Origin: Octopus vulgaris
Lineage: Eukaryota
Reading direction: 5' to 3'
Length of the DNA stretch: 64,000 nt
NCBI GenBank assembly: GCA_951406725.2
Contig: OX597814.1
Location: 164,796,001 to 164,860,000 of the forward strand
Part shown: positions 23,966 through 38,297 of the stretch, piece after piece
Position numbering within the stretch: the stretch's first letter is position 1
How the letters are laid out: every line of letters begins with the position of its first letter
Program-made: the position numbers and the translations under genes
Notes under the pieces: model-generated
Told to the model about the DNA's origin: nothing
Database searches by the model: none
Seen by the model: the letters and a program-made list of their open reading frames with translations, nothing else

Positions 23966-26349
23966 ATAAAAGAAAATACACAAACATGCTTACACAAACA
24001 CACACACATGATTAAATGAATACAAACAAGCACACACGCATGAATACGTACTTACGTTCAATCATACATATACATGTGTAATACATAGTTATAAAAACAT
24101 CTATGCTTCTATTACATGCGAACTCACAGGCGTAAACAAATACCGCACGAACAGGTTTGTACAATTTACGACAAACCTAAAGAATTCTTTTGTTGTTTTC
24201 TATTAATGTATAGCTTTAGTAAGTGCTTAATCATTTAGTGAGGCTTATTTCTTTAGAAGGTATATAAAAGCTGATATTTGAGATGACGGTATACTAAATA
24301 ATTGGCCATAAGAAATAATTTAAGGTATATTACAGCAGTAATATTCACAACATTTTCGTATGTTAAACGTTCTGACTTCTCGCTTAGTATTTTGCATACA
24401 GTTCATCCTACAGAACATGCCTTACAATAGTTGTCGACTAGAGATTACAATAATTTCGGTACCGTGCTGTATGCAACATCGTCAGAACGAAACAGCGTTG
24501 ACAATACTAAGGAAAGCCTGGGTTCTTGTGGTTCTTGCAGTGGCACACTTTTTTCTTCCATTCTCCTGGCATTGTAACGATTACAATCTTGCAGTCATTA
24601 ACCTTTTTGAGGATTCCTTTTTAGCTTTCAGCTTTGATCTGTCTGTCTGTCTCTGTCTCTGCCTGTTTGTCTACCTGTCTCTGTCTCTCTATCTATATCT
24701 CTATCTATCTCTCTCTCTCGGTAAAGTATTTCGTAATTTTCTCTCCGATTAACATCATTGCTCTGCTATCCATTCTAAGTCTAACACCAACCAATTCCAC
24801 CTCTGATGAGAAGAACTATACGCTGATACCCTAGTTTTTCATACGATTCCTTCACCGATTCCTTCACAGATTCCTTCATGTTTAAGGCCTCTGTTTTCCT
24901 GAGCCCGCTCTCATGGCACTGAAAAGATTTGCTTTCGATCCTGACTGGTGTCCATAAATCACCTTTTCAACAATCAAAACATTTTTGTCAAGTTAGATCA
25001 TATTATATCTTCATTGGGTTGCTCGAAAGAAATGAACGCTTCTCTTCAAATCCACTTTAAGCCATTAGCACCATTCAGAAATGAGTGCTTCAGCTTTTAT
25101 TCTCTACTCCTCTACGTTGTCCTTTCTCTGCACCCTTGTGGAAACAGTATGGCGCAATTTGATGTTGATTTTAATTGCATTGACGCTGAATCATTGATGT
25201 TTTAATGTAACAGCGAGGAAGCGCAAGGTTTAGCTGTGCTACCAGACATACACTACAAGGTATCACTAACATGCCAGCAAAACATTTTTTCTTATACACA
25301 CCTATTTCTTAGTATAAAATCTTAATTTTCTCAAAAATCCTCAGCTACCCATTGTGCTTTTCTCTTCCTCATCATTCACCTCATTCTGACACATAACATT
25401 ATTATTTTTCTTCTATCTCCAGTAGTTGTATCGAATTATATTTGTGAATATAACTTCTATCAAGTTATCAAGTTATATTTATAAATCTATAAAACCAGAA
25501 GACCTGTTTATATAGACTAGAGGGTAATCTGTGCCGTATTGTTGCATCTAAATGAGAGACAGACTCAATATTTTTCTTACGTATATATTTACCCGTTATT
25601 TCTCAAACATTGAAATTCAGACCCTCAAAATATAGTGTAGCCTAGGACTCTCAATATTACGCTACTAGTATCGTAGAAATTATTAAAAAGTTTCTTATCT
25701 CCAGCCATGATCTACACAAAAGAATTTCTAATATTAGCTCAAAAACCTACATACACACACAAATATATATTCGCAATATATATTTAATATATATATAAGC
25801 TGGAAGACCCTTTTGTCTTTTAATTTTCCTTCTATTAAAAGAAAACTTGTATATCAAATTTTAAAACTGAATTTTATTCCCGCTTTTATACACGAGTATA
25901 TATAAACTTATATAATGCCCCACTTTCGCATATATACACAGACCTAAAATAATATATCATAAAATACCGACCTTTGTTACAGAATTGAAGAAATATGAAT
26001 AAACATATTGCCCACAAATTCTACCTCCCCAATGGTTAACATTTCTACCTATTAAACAAATAGCTTATAGAACAATCAACCCCTGGAGAGAAACAATCAG
26101 ACCAACAACCATAAGACTTACCCATATCATCTTGTGAACATCAAAGCACAAGACAAATTTCTTTATTAACAACCCTATTATATGTGGGTTAAATATATAA
26201 TAACTATATGAGTCATTTGGTAAGTCAAGAAATAAAATTAAAAAATTAAGAAGTGTAATATGAATTACCGGTAGTTATAGAACTAAATAATAGCAAGCAA
26301 TAATAAATCTCTGAACGAGATGTAAACCGTAACTGCTCGACAACGTAAA

Positions 26350-26475
26350 GTATACTAGCCATCTCAATATGGTTAACCACTAAGGGTGGGTGTTACTGCA
26401 GCTTTTAGCCCCGGGGCTAAAAGCTACAGTAACACCCACCCTTAGTGGTTAGCCATATTGAGATGGCTAGTATAC
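26350..26475. repeat. 126-bp palindrome, no loop, two mismatches
   Basis: gtatactagccatctc...tagcccc|ggggcta...gagatggctagtatac. Confidence 0.95.
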
Positions 26476-27135
26476 AGGAATGTAGGGAGGTCTAAAATGT
26501 GCTAGTTGTTTTTGTTATTTTTAGTTTTATTGGGTTTAATCCTCTGCTTTGACTATGTAAAGGTCAAAGCTTTAAAGTTTCGCCCAGTATTTAAAAACTT
26601 AGTAACTAGGTATGTTAACATTTTTGTAATAGAAATTTGTAATGGTTAACAAATGAGTGTAGGGCGGTGATACGTTTGGTTGGTCAAGGACTTTCATTGT
26701 TGTTATTATTTATTATTTAGGGTATATTCTGTTTGCGTTTGGAAGGTTATTACTCTGGCGTGTCATAGTGTTGTTAGTATAGAAATTTTATAACTACCCA
26801 CTGATTATTTGACTTACAATAATAACTATTTTTATTATTGTTGAGCTGGTTAACTGAAGAATCACGCTAACGGAAACAGCTGTAAGTTGAGATTCTGTCA
26901 TTTTGTAATTAATTAATAAATGATAATTGATGTAAATCAATTGCTATTCATCAATTGTATCTCCATTTTCTGCTTTCCTTGAATACTGATACACTTTAGT
27001 TTATTTTTGTCATTACCTATCATTTATGAGCATTAATACCAATGCTCATGATTAACTATAGGTAATACACCAGTGGATTCATTGGATACAAGTATCCCAT
27101 AGACGATTGTTATAACCTCTAACTTAACTCATCAA
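26413..27135 (+). mobile_element. Penelope-like non-autonomous element, 3' portion with degenerate hammerhead at about 26850-26888
   Basis: CUGAAGA(26854)...GAAAC AGCU GUA(26884), then AATAAA, then a tail ending in a TA tract; tail homologous to 32388-32560(-). Helices I and II are poor. Confidence 0.6.
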
Positions 27136-27625
27136 TATATATATATATACAATACTATATATACAATACTATTACTCCCATACAATTAATCTGCGAAACT
27201 TCGTTTGGTTGGTAATGTTTTTGTAACTCACGTGGTAATTTTGGAGGGAGATACGAATTCACCTGTCTATATAAATGTAGAGATGCTAGCGGACCGTTAT
27301 ATCGTTCGATGTCGCCTGATCGAGTTGGTGTAATGGGTGAGTTTTTTTCCTAGCATTTCTAGATTTATAGGAAATATTATATCGACAAGGAAATGAACTT
27401 TCGGTTCTAATCCAGAAACGGATTCGTCTATAATTAATCCAATAGACTGGGATTTCGTTGTCTTCGTTCTCTTTGCCATATACGAGTTACAAATTCTGTT
27501 TGTTTGTCGAGATTTTTTTACTACTAGTAGAAATAGTGACCTATTTGGCTGCTATTTCTAATATTTTCGGTATGTGGTTTTGAGCAACTTGTTGCAATTA
27601 ACCCTTTATTATAATTAATATATAT

Positions 27626-28134
<509 letters not shown>

Positions 28135-28933
28135 TATATACATCTGTTTTTTTAATAATATATACCTTGCTGTTCATGTTTGTCTTTCTTAACATTTATT
28201 GAATTTCTACTGGGAATTGAAACCATTCGTGGAAGCTTCTCTAGTTGCTATACAGTGTTCGCCTGCTTTGCGTACTGTTCAATGTTGAGTAACCATGTCA
28301 TTACTGAGATCAGAACGATGTACAATTAGATTTATGTATAAATGATGTATCAAGACATGGCTGTCAAAACCAGTCATGTTGTTGCGTTTTTGTTGTTGTT
28401 ATTGATGCTGTTGTTGTTGCCACAAGTATACGTTATGGTACTGTAAAAACTAAAAAGGTGATGTGTTCAGATGTAGCAATGTATATCAGTCTGATTGTTA
28501 TTCGATTTGAAACTATTAAATTTCAGTAGTTTTGTGCAATCGTATTGCAGTCTGGAAAATGTAATTGCATCATATTTCAACAAACTTAACGATTATCGAA
28601 ATAATGATTATCGGATTAAACTGCCAAACTACTCTAGATTTTCCAGTATTTTGACACATATATGAAATTCGTCTGGCATTCCATATAAACAGAGCCAGAC
28701 TCTAAGTACTGGTTTGCCTTTGGATGCGGACTTAAACATTCAAAACTAAAAGACGCAAACACGCAAACAAATCAACCACACAGTATCTTTATCTGTGTAT
28801 TCTTTCTTCCATTCTTCTGAATCAGCTAGTCATTCTTTCACTCAATCGTTCAATCACATTTTCCTCGTCTCTTTTTGTGTGTGACTGTGTACGCATACCT
28901 ACATACCCACAGACAGAAATACACAGAAACATT

Positions 28934-29091
<158 letters not shown>

Positions 29092-29099
29092 TATATATA

Positions 29100-29368
29100 T
29101 ACCGGAGTAAGCATATGAATGTGAAACAAGGTGGAAAAAAAAGAGTACTCAAATACCAGAGGTAGAACAATATGCTTTATTTAAAAGCAGCAGGAATATA
29201 ACAAAACTTGTTACTCAGGGTTTCACGTTTCCGTTCGTCGGACAGGTTTGTTAAAATAGAACAGAAACAACGTTACTTCTGTTCTAAATTAAGAAGACTG
29301 TCCGACGAACGGGAACGTGAAACTCTGAGTAACAGCTATTGTAAAATATTTTGCTGCTTTTAAATAAA

Positions 29369-29374
<6 letters not shown>
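29100..29374 (-). mobile_element. (TA)n-embedded fold-back element with a hammerhead in both arms
   Basis: Arms about 29170-29245 and 29298-29374; tail 29100-29169; TA tracts on both sides. Confidence 0.85.
29298..29335 (+). ncRNA. Minimal hammerhead (CCGACGA core, GNRA-capped helix II)
   Basis: cugu CCGACGA acg GGAA cgu GAAAC UC U GA GUA acag; the mirror at 29208-29245(-) has loop GAAA. Confidence 0.75.
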
Positions 29375-29413
<39 letters not shown>

Positions 29414-29776
29414 AGGAAGTGCTGAAATGTTCCTGGCTTTAAGGGTATCTCGAAAGGTGGTTAGAGGCCTAACCTTCCGAGTTCTTTTACTAACTAGTTA
29501 AGAAAATCCCTATAAAAGATCAAAGCAGTATTTGTACTGAGGATTAGTGTTTAACCTAAACACGGGTGTTCTCTAGGAACCGGCAATACTGGTGTCTTAT
29601 CCCTAGAAGGACACCTACTCCAGCTGGTTATTCAGTGCACTCTGCACTCTCTATATGTTGCAAGCGGGGGAGATACATCCTACTATTTTAGCCCCGAGAC
29701 CACCGTACGGTTTCGGTCCATGTATAGCTTTACACTCACAAACACACATACACAAACACACGCACACACACACACA

Positions 29777-29816
<40 letters not shown>

Positions 29817-29818
<2 letters not shown>

Positions 29819-29980
29819 CGCAAAGATGGCTGTATAGTAAGAAGATTGCTTTTCAATCACATGGTTTCGGGTCCAGTCCCATGTGCGTGGCATCTTGGAG
29901 AAGTGTTTTCTATTATAGCTCCGGGCCGACCAAAGACTCGCATGTGAATTTGGTACATGGAAACTGAAAGAATCCCATCG

Positions 29981-30032
<52 letters not shown>

Positions 30033-30230
30033 ATCCACGTTTATGATCTTTGAATCTGTGTTTGTCTCCACTACTGCTTAACAACCGGTGTTGATTAATT
30101 TCCGGTCCTGTAACTTAGCTGTTCGGCAAATATAAGCGATAGAATGAGTATCATGCTTTAAAAAATAAGTACTGGAGTCGATTCCTCCGATTAAATCCCT
30201 GCAAAGCGGGTCTCTAATGACTATAACAAG
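29817..30230 (+). mobile_element. SINE family A with internal (TA)n
   Basis: ggcgcaaagatggctgtatagtaagaag...ggccgaccaaag...ggaaactgaaagaatccc..(TA)n..aacttagctgttcggcaaa. Confidence 0.85.
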
Positions 30231-30664
30231 TTAACGGCCGATGCGTGTGTGCGCGTGTGTGTATGCAAGTAAAGGAACAGAGCTTACAAATTAGAGACTT
30301 TGTCGCAATTTATCGTGTTAGAAAAGAAGGACAAATTTGGCAATCTAACTATGAGTGCACTTTGCCAATGAAAACATATTATGGTCATGGATAGAACTTT
30401 TCTGGAATATCGATTGGAACGCTAAACACGAAAACTCCAGAACACAGGGTGCTGAGCTAATCAAGAAAAGCTGTAGGATACAGTTAAAAAATTTTCGGGT
30501 ACCAAAAATGGTCTTGATAATCTGTAAGAATAAATAACTAATTGGCAAAGTAGAACGAAATGTCCAGTTCACATTCCAACTAGGTCAACTTCGTCCTTCA
30601 CCTTTTCGTTGTTTATAAAATATTGCGCCAACGAAGGACGGTGTACTGACATTTTGAGGTATTT

Positions 30665-30971
30665 GTGTTTGTTCCTTCTCGAGCCATGCCTGGCTCATAA
30701 TGGGCCGGTTTCCCGGTTTCCTTGGAGTATAGGTTCCCCACCTGGACGGGACGCCTGTCCGTCGCAGGTGAACGGCAAGATGCAGGAGGAAAGAGTGAGA
30801 GAGAGTTGTGACGAAAGAGTCGGCAGAAGTTCACCATTACCTTCTGCCGGAGCCGCGTGGAACTTAGGTGTTTCGCTCATAAACACACACATCGCCCGGT
30901 CTGAGATTCGAACCCACGATCCCTCAACCGCGAGTCCGCTGCTCTAACCACTAGGCCATGGGCCTCCACAG
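30665..30971 (-). mobile_element. SINE family C, full length
   Basis: Reverse complement of the 22603 copy with intact A/B boxes and 3' ..ggctcgagaaggaacaaac. Confidence 0.9.
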
Positions 30972-31848
30972 AAATTTGTGTCGTTCACTGTGTTTGAGGT
31001 TTTAAATGGTAAACTTAAAACTATCGATCGGCTTAACAAAACCAAACGATCATTGGGCAACCTAAACAGAGTTCACTCACTTTCAAGTATTTAATCCAAG
31101 ACTCTGGTTATGACAAATGACGTTCCATGTATTAACCCTATTAAATTCAGACATACTGTCATGTTTCATTTCTTTATTTATATGATGGCAATGTGTGATA
31201 TGCTTGAAATTTGATTGTATATAGCTCAGGTCATGCTCCATTATTGGTTTATGAACATCAGTTGTTACTGTTGTGTTAACCACTGGTTAAATCTGATCGG
31301 GCAGATCTCTACTCGATGACATTCCATCAGCAACCAGCTCATGTTTTTCCTATGTACAGGAAACCTAGAGTCACATTATCCAACATGGCATTGTCTGAGA
31401 GAGAGAGGCGTGTGATTTGAGGAGTATTTTGCGATCACGAGAAGGCTCACTCGTTGGTTTATAAAGCTTCGAAGTGTTTATCAGTCTTTTGATTTTACAG
31501 AAGACGCTTGCAGCGAACACATATCTAGGTCTGATTGGTGAAAGAAACCAAAACATTTCAAAATATTTTTCACTCCCACCTGTGTTCCCTCAAAAAAATA
31601 ACCTATGGAATTAGATTAAATGTTACTGGGTTCGGTGTTCTCATTGTATTTTATTCAATGATTGACAATGTGTTTATTTCGGTTGCGTTCGTCATCTTTA
31701 ACAGGCGCGGTTAATTGTACATGTAGAGCTGACCTTTAACTTTAATATAAGTGTTTGTAGTTAAAGGATTTATGCTTATTGTTATTAACTCGAATCGGGT
31801 TGGTTTATACACATTGTTTACAGTCGTAGAATCTGCGCAATTCAAGAT

Positions 31849-31903
<55 letters not shown>

Positions 31904-32038
31904 CACACACATAAATTCAAAATTTAAATACGTTATGATAATCTTTTAAAAAATAATGATAAAGGGTCCAGCAAACATAATCCATGCCTTACATGCATAC
32001 ATATAATGTAGGTGGCCAATTACCAATTAAAATCTAAA

Positions 32039-32090
<52 letters not shown>

Positions 32091-32095
<5 letters not shown>

Positions 32096-32261
32096 AGGGC
32101 ACAAAATAGTGCCAGCATTACTAGAAAAAGAGTCAGAAATGACTTAATTAGCCACAGATCTTTGTCGCTTCCTCTCTTTCGTCAACTTAAGATAGTGCTT
32201 TTTGTGGCTAACTGAGTCATTAATGAATATTGTTTCTGGCAATGCTGGTACTAATTTCTAC

Positions 32262-32266
<5 letters not shown>
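32091..32266. repeat. Degenerate hairpin element between (TA)n tracts
   Basis: tagtgccagcattactagaaa/tttctggcaatgctggtacta and aatgacttaattagccaca/tgtggctaactgagtcatt. Confidence 0.7.
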
Positions 32267-32350
<84 letters not shown>

Positions 32351-32387
32351 ATGTATGTATATGTATGTATGTATGTATGTATGTATA

Positions 32388-32698
32388 TCAAAAGTTAGTA
32401 GTGTTAGCGGTTGGAATAACCGTCTAAAGGATAAGAATATCCGTTTTATTACCGTATAAGTTACCTGGGCATACATATGCAAGCATATTACGCTCATAGT
32501 ATACAGGCGATAACAAGGATTATCGAATTTGAATTAAGCAGAAAATGGAGAAATCTTGAACAACAACAATTGACTACCATCTGCAGGACATTGGAAGCAG
32601 AAACGGCTGTTAGATGAGCCAAAGTTTTGTACCAAAAAAGAATAATCGATGGTAGTCTATTGTTGTTAATGAAGATTTCTCCATTTTCTGCTTAATTT
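32388..32698 (-). mobile_element. Fold-back element (arms 32532-32581 and 32648-32697) with a tail related to 26965-27135
   Basis: aattaagcagaaaatggagaaatctt..gactaccatc / gatggtagtc..aagatttctccattttctgcttaatt; microsatellites on both sides. Confidence 0.75.
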
Positions 32699-32730
32699 AT
32701 ATATATATGTATATATATCTATTAATCTAT

Positions 32731-32769
<39 letters not shown>

Positions 32770-33349
32770 TATATATATATATATCTGTGTGTGTGTGTCT
32801 GGGGGGGGACGTGTGCGCATGCAAGCATGTCTGCGTATGTATTCATGTAAGTGTATGTGCTTTGTTGCTGTTCTTGAGACACAGTTCAGTGACTGAGCAA
32901 ATTTATGATTACAAAAGCGGTCCAACCATGACAAACCCATCTGTTTTTTTACTTTATACATAGTGCATCAAGGACTATATTATACGATTTGTGCTTCCGT
33001 TAAATAAAAACGATAGCATATGATTTGAAGATGATTTGGCAACTATTGCCAGCAGGACGAGCTGTCACGAACAGACTTTCTTGGATGACGCGAAGAATTT
33101 GTGTATGTATATGCGCCAGTCTCTGTGTGCAGTTATGCATGTGCATGTTTATCTTGCTCTGTATCTATGTGTGTGTATGTGTGCGTGTATCTACTTTATG
33201 CGAGATAAAAAAAAGCCGAATGTGTTTTGCTATGTGGCTTGAATCATTGTCCCTGCTATGACCTATTTTCACCACATAGGTCCATCTACTAACTATATAA
33301 TGCGGACATGCCTGTCGGTTGCTTTGCTAATCTGTGCAAAACACATTAT

Positions 33350-33690
33350 GATATATAACACACACACTCACACATACATATATATATATATGCATATATA
33401 TATATAAATATATATCTATACACACATATATATATACATATATACATATATACAAACACACACACATATATATACATATATATATATACAAATATATACA
33501 TGTACATATATATACTTATATATATGCATTTATATATATACATATATGTATATGTATATATGTATATATATATATATGTATACATATATATATGTATATA
33601 TTTATACATATATATATATATATGTGTGTGTGTGTATGTGTATACATATACATGAATATATATATATATATGTATAAATATACATATACA

Positions 33691-33744
<54 letters not shown>

Positions 33745-34235
33745 AATGCTCACACAAATATTCCCACTGTATATTCAAATCAACGACCGAGTTGTATTAA
33801 TTAATGTTGAAGCTAAACTGCCGAATATCTTTATCTTACGTAGTACTAGTGTCTTGTGTGAAGAGCATTATGTACATTTCCTGTTATGTAGAAGGCCAGA
33901 AGCGTTTTCAATGTTTGTTGCTGATTAAACAAGCTTCATGGTGTTTTATTCTTTATTTGTGCAGACAGTGATGTCGTTATTTAGTAAGTCAGAAATAGAT
34001 CTACGTGGGGGTAAATGACGGGTGGAGAAATATACTTACAGTTATAAACAAGCTGTACGAGCTTGCGTGCGCGCATACACACACATATATACATGTGTGT
34101 GTACATATATATATATATATGCATATATATATGTATATATATATGTATCTATCTATCTATATATATATATATGCATATATATATGTATATATATATGTAT
34201 CTATCTATCGATCTATCTATCTATCTATCTATATA

Positions 34236-34273
<38 letters not shown>

Positions 34274-34437
34274 TATATACATGCAAATATATACATGTAT
34301 ATATATGTATGTTTATATATATATAAACACACACACATATATATATATATATATACATACATATATATACCATACGAATACATATGTATATATGAGTGTA
34401 TCTATTTATCTCTCTCTATATATATATATGTTTATGC

Positions 34438-34517
<80 letters not shown>
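33350..34517. repeat. Degenerate (TA)/(CA)/(TG) compound microsatellite fields
   Basis: Direct reading (33350-33741 and about 34075-34517, unique spacer between). Confidence 0.9.
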
Positions 34518-34523
<6 letters not shown>

Positions 34524-35039
34524 AAAGCGGTCTTTTGCCACTGTTGTATCTCTCTTTTGATGACGATCGTCGTATTGACAGATATTGTTATATTCCGAAG
34601 TCGTTGATAGGATGTTTCTGTGTGGCATTGTACGACCCCCAGTCGTAACAGTATTATTATCCTCAAAAGGATGGATTGTTATAACGTCCACTCAATATCA
34701 CAGTATAATTTATTATATCAGCGAAGACACGACTATCAACATAGTCTACACGTACTCTCCTACTCTACGTACTCTCCTATTTATAGTGACCCTCATATCA
34801 TTTGTCACGTGGTTAGGGGTGTACCATTATTACTAATTCCCTACAATAGATCTCCTTTTAAGATTTTAGTAGGAAGTGTCATTTTATTTAGCAATTATAT
34901 TTTTATTAATTCCACCTGCCTTTTTGAAGTTCTTAAAATTCGTTTTCAGCAAGAATTCACACTTCACCTCCACATCAAAGGGAAGCCACTTAAATTTACT
35001 GTAAGCCATGATGTGTGCTAATTTTTAACAAATGTGAGA

Positions 35040-35600
35040 ATTTGCGACTAACAAATCGTTCACCCTTGTTGAAAAATTTGTACAAACTCTTCGTTTGTCA
35101 TTCTTTTTCACGTAAACCGTCGGTGTTGCCCAGTCTGTGTGGTAATTCTTTTCAATTATATCAAAACTTTCCAGTCTTTCCTATTCTTTGCTAACCTGGT
35201 CTGTTGCATTTCTTTTTGGCCTACATACAGGTGTTTCGTGTTCTACTGCAAGTTTTTGTTTCAGTCCTTCGGCCTCATTTGAACCTTCAACTGAGGCGAC
35301 TGTATTTTTACACAAAACACTTATTGGTGTATCATATAAATTAAATAGTTGTATCCACTCTGTGTCAAATAAATTAAGTGAATATTTTAATACATATATC
35401 TTAGCCATTTTAGTTTGACCTCGAAATATTACGTTACATACGTATTCACCGATAAAATATATTTTCCCCGTAACACCATGTGCTACCTTTTTTTAGATTT
35501 AATTAATTTCAGTTTACCGATATGTTTCCATGTTTTTCGTTTATAATAGTGTGTTGCTAACTGTGACGAACTTCAATTTTACACTTGTATTTTTAATTTT
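35040..35600 (-). pseudogene. Gypsy protease and N-terminal RT relic
   Basis: WIQLFNLYDTPI..., PVCRPKRN..., DWATPTVYVKKNDKRRVCTNFSTRVNDL (cf. EWAAPIVVVKK..IRICADFSTGLND). Confidence 0.8.
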
Positions 35601-35689
35601 CACATGTACGAATTTTATGTTCATTGCATTACATTTTTGTTTCGATGACAAACTAATTATTCTTTTCTTTTGTTCTGACTTTTTGTCAT

Positions 35690-36870
35690 TTTAGTTCTAC
35701 AGTGCATCTTAATATATCCTATATTACCACAGCGAATAGGCGGCGAGCTAGCAGACACGTTAGCGCGCAGGGCGAAATACTTAGCGGTATTTTGTCTGAC
35801 GTTACGTTCTGAGTTCAAATTCCGCCGAGGTCGACTTTACCTTTCATCCTTTCGGGGTCGATAAACAAAGTACCAGTTTCGCACTGGGGTCGATGTAATC
35901 TCCTTAATCCCTTTGTCTGTCCTTGTTTGTTCCTTTCTATGTTTAGCCCCTTGTGGGTAGTAAAGAAATATATATTACCACAGCGAAAACACTTAGCTTT
36001 TTTTAATGGACAATTTTTCCTCAGATACATACCATCACATGCAAAACATGGGTTTAAATTCTGATGTTTGTCGTTTTTTTTTTATGTAGAAACATATTAT
36101 CTCTATTCAGACTATTCCACACTGAATTTACTTGGAAACAGTCTTTACGTTCAATTTCCTCTGTGTCGTGTCTTAAGTATCCTTTCACATTCTTCCGGTA
36201 CTTTTTGCAGGGTTACATCCTAGTTTTGCTACAGCTTTCCAAGAATTCTAGTTCTGACTTCTGCGTCCTTTTCGGCAGTTAGTCCCGGTGTAAAAATCAG
36301 GCATTTCCACATATCTGGAGTTAATTTATCCAACTTAAACTGCTCATATTCTCTGTTTACTCTACCAGCATATGTGATAAAGTCTTCGTTATTGTTTTTC
36401 TCTATGTTCAAATACTGCCAACGTCTATTGAACAATAAGCTTTTTTTACTGAAAATTTTACACAATATATCAATTGTGTTATTAAAGTTTACGTCCGAAG
36501 GTTTTCTTGGGAGTACAAAATTACTGTATCGTTCATGTTCTGTTGGTGCCATTTCTCAAAATTAAGCTAGTTTTCATCTCGTCATCCCAATCTTTACATT
36601 TATTTTGGACGATTTGCTCATATCTTCTGTAGTATGCTCCGAAGATAACTCCTTCGTCAGGTTCGTATTTGAATTCAGTCATTGAATTCGCGACATAGTC
36701 TGGCGGTAACACTTTTTTCTGACTTGTGTAATTGCAGCATTTGTTGTTGTTGCTTCTGTTGTTGCTCTTGCAGCTATACTTGTTGTTGTTGCTGTTTTTG
36801 CAATTCGAGCAAGCCTGCCAGCAACTTTTCCATGCTTTTTCGAATTTTCGTAAAGTTCGTACAACAAACT
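35690..36870 (-). pseudogene. Gypsy gag relic (Gln-rich N-terminus, capsid, zinc knuckles)
   Basis: EHERYSNFVLPRKPSDVNFNNTIDILCKIFSKKSLLFNRRWQYLNIEKNNNEDFITYAGRVN...KDAEVRTRIL; CFACDGMYLRKNCPLKKAKCFRCGN interrupted by a SINE. Confidence 0.85.
35737..35970 (+). mobile_element. SINE family B, young monomer with 17-bp target-site duplication
   Basis: tatattaccacagcgaa at 35720-35736 and 35971-35987. Confidence 0.95.
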
Positions 36871-37246
36871 CTGTGAGTTTATTAACTCCTCTTCGAGATT
36901 CTATTAACTCCCCGTGAATTGGTTTATCCCCGTCGCCATTGTTATAAAGCGGTATTTTGCCACTGTTGTATCTGTCTTTTGACGACAGTTGTCGCTTGGG
37001 CAGATATTGTTCTAAACCGAAGTCTTCGATAGAATGTTTCTATCTGGCACTGTACGACCCCCAGTCGTACAGTGTTATTATCTTCAAAAGGTTGGATCGT
37101 TATAAGGTCCACTCAGTATCACAGTATAATTACTATATCAGCACAGACACGACTATCAACACAGTCTACACATACTCTCCTATTTATAGTGACTAAGTCA
37201 TACCACTTGTCACGTGGGAGACGTGTCCCATTATTACTAATTCCTT

Positions 37247-37286
<40 letters not shown>

Positions 37287-37463
37287 GTGAATGGAAGAAT
37301 TATATTCACTAATTATATTAAACTTCAATTATCCGCACCAACGCACGGTTGCAACACCATATGGTCATATCTCCAACCGTGTTTTTTCTGCTGTGATTTT
37401 TGCTACCCAGGTATCGGTTAAACTTGTGAATAATCCGTAACAAGATAATTCATCTTTCCATTT

Positions 37464-37556
<93 letters not shown>

Positions 37557-37959
37557 AACGTGTGATTACACACAAACACGCGATTATATACATACATATA
37601 TACATATTTATGCACACTGAGACACTTATACAAAATAATTTGATGATGATGAAAATGATGAGTACGACGACAGCGGTGATGATGATTCTTAGGTATATAC
37701 ATCGTTATAACGTAGTTGCAATACAACATATATATGCAGGCATTTTAAGCATGTAGACCTTTTAAGCAGTATACATTTTTAAAGAATACAAAATGTATAT
37801 ATAGTTTATATAAAAAATAAGAAGGCCGCAGGAGTGCGACGGAAATTTTTGCATCTCATAGAATAAGTGATAAATGAATTTAACAGATTTTTTTGTGGTT
37901 TATAAATTGCTAAAACCTCAATTTCAGTCGATTTATCCGACTTTACGTGGGTCTCAGTG

Positions 37960-38297
37960 AACTTATTTGAAAGCATAAAAAGATAATAAACACATCTAAA
38001 AACCAATACTGCGCTGGGGAATCAACTAAAATACATGAGGATTTATTTAAAGACTATTTATTAAAACAGATATAAACAAATAAAGATTTTAATTAGCTTG
38101 TTTCGTGTTACGTCGTTTTTCGAGTTAAGTCGAACTTATTTGAAAGCATAAAAAGATAATAAGCAAACCTAAAAACCAATACTGCGCTGGGGAATCAACT
38201 AAAATACATGTGGATTTATTTAAAGACTATTTATTAAAACAAATAAAGTTTTTAATTAGCTTTTGTTTCGTGTTACGTCGTTTTTCGAGTTAAGTCG
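37960..38297. repeat. About 172-bp tandem direct duplication
   Basis: gaacttatttgaaagcataaaaagataataa...cgagttaagtcg occurs twice head to tail. Confidence 0.93.

Larger units (their letters stand above)
34518..37249 (-). mobile_element. Internally deleted Gypsy (Mag/Cer-like) LTR retrotransposon
   Basis: LTRs 34518-34845 and 36940-37249 (TG...CA); PBS TGGCGACGGGGAT at 36926-36938(-); purine tract aaaaggaga next to the 3' LTR; gag, protease and start-of-RT relics inside. Confidence 0.92.

Noticed and set aside
24802-24835. CUGAUGA motif
   Set aside because: No downstream GAAA/NUH or helix II in range.
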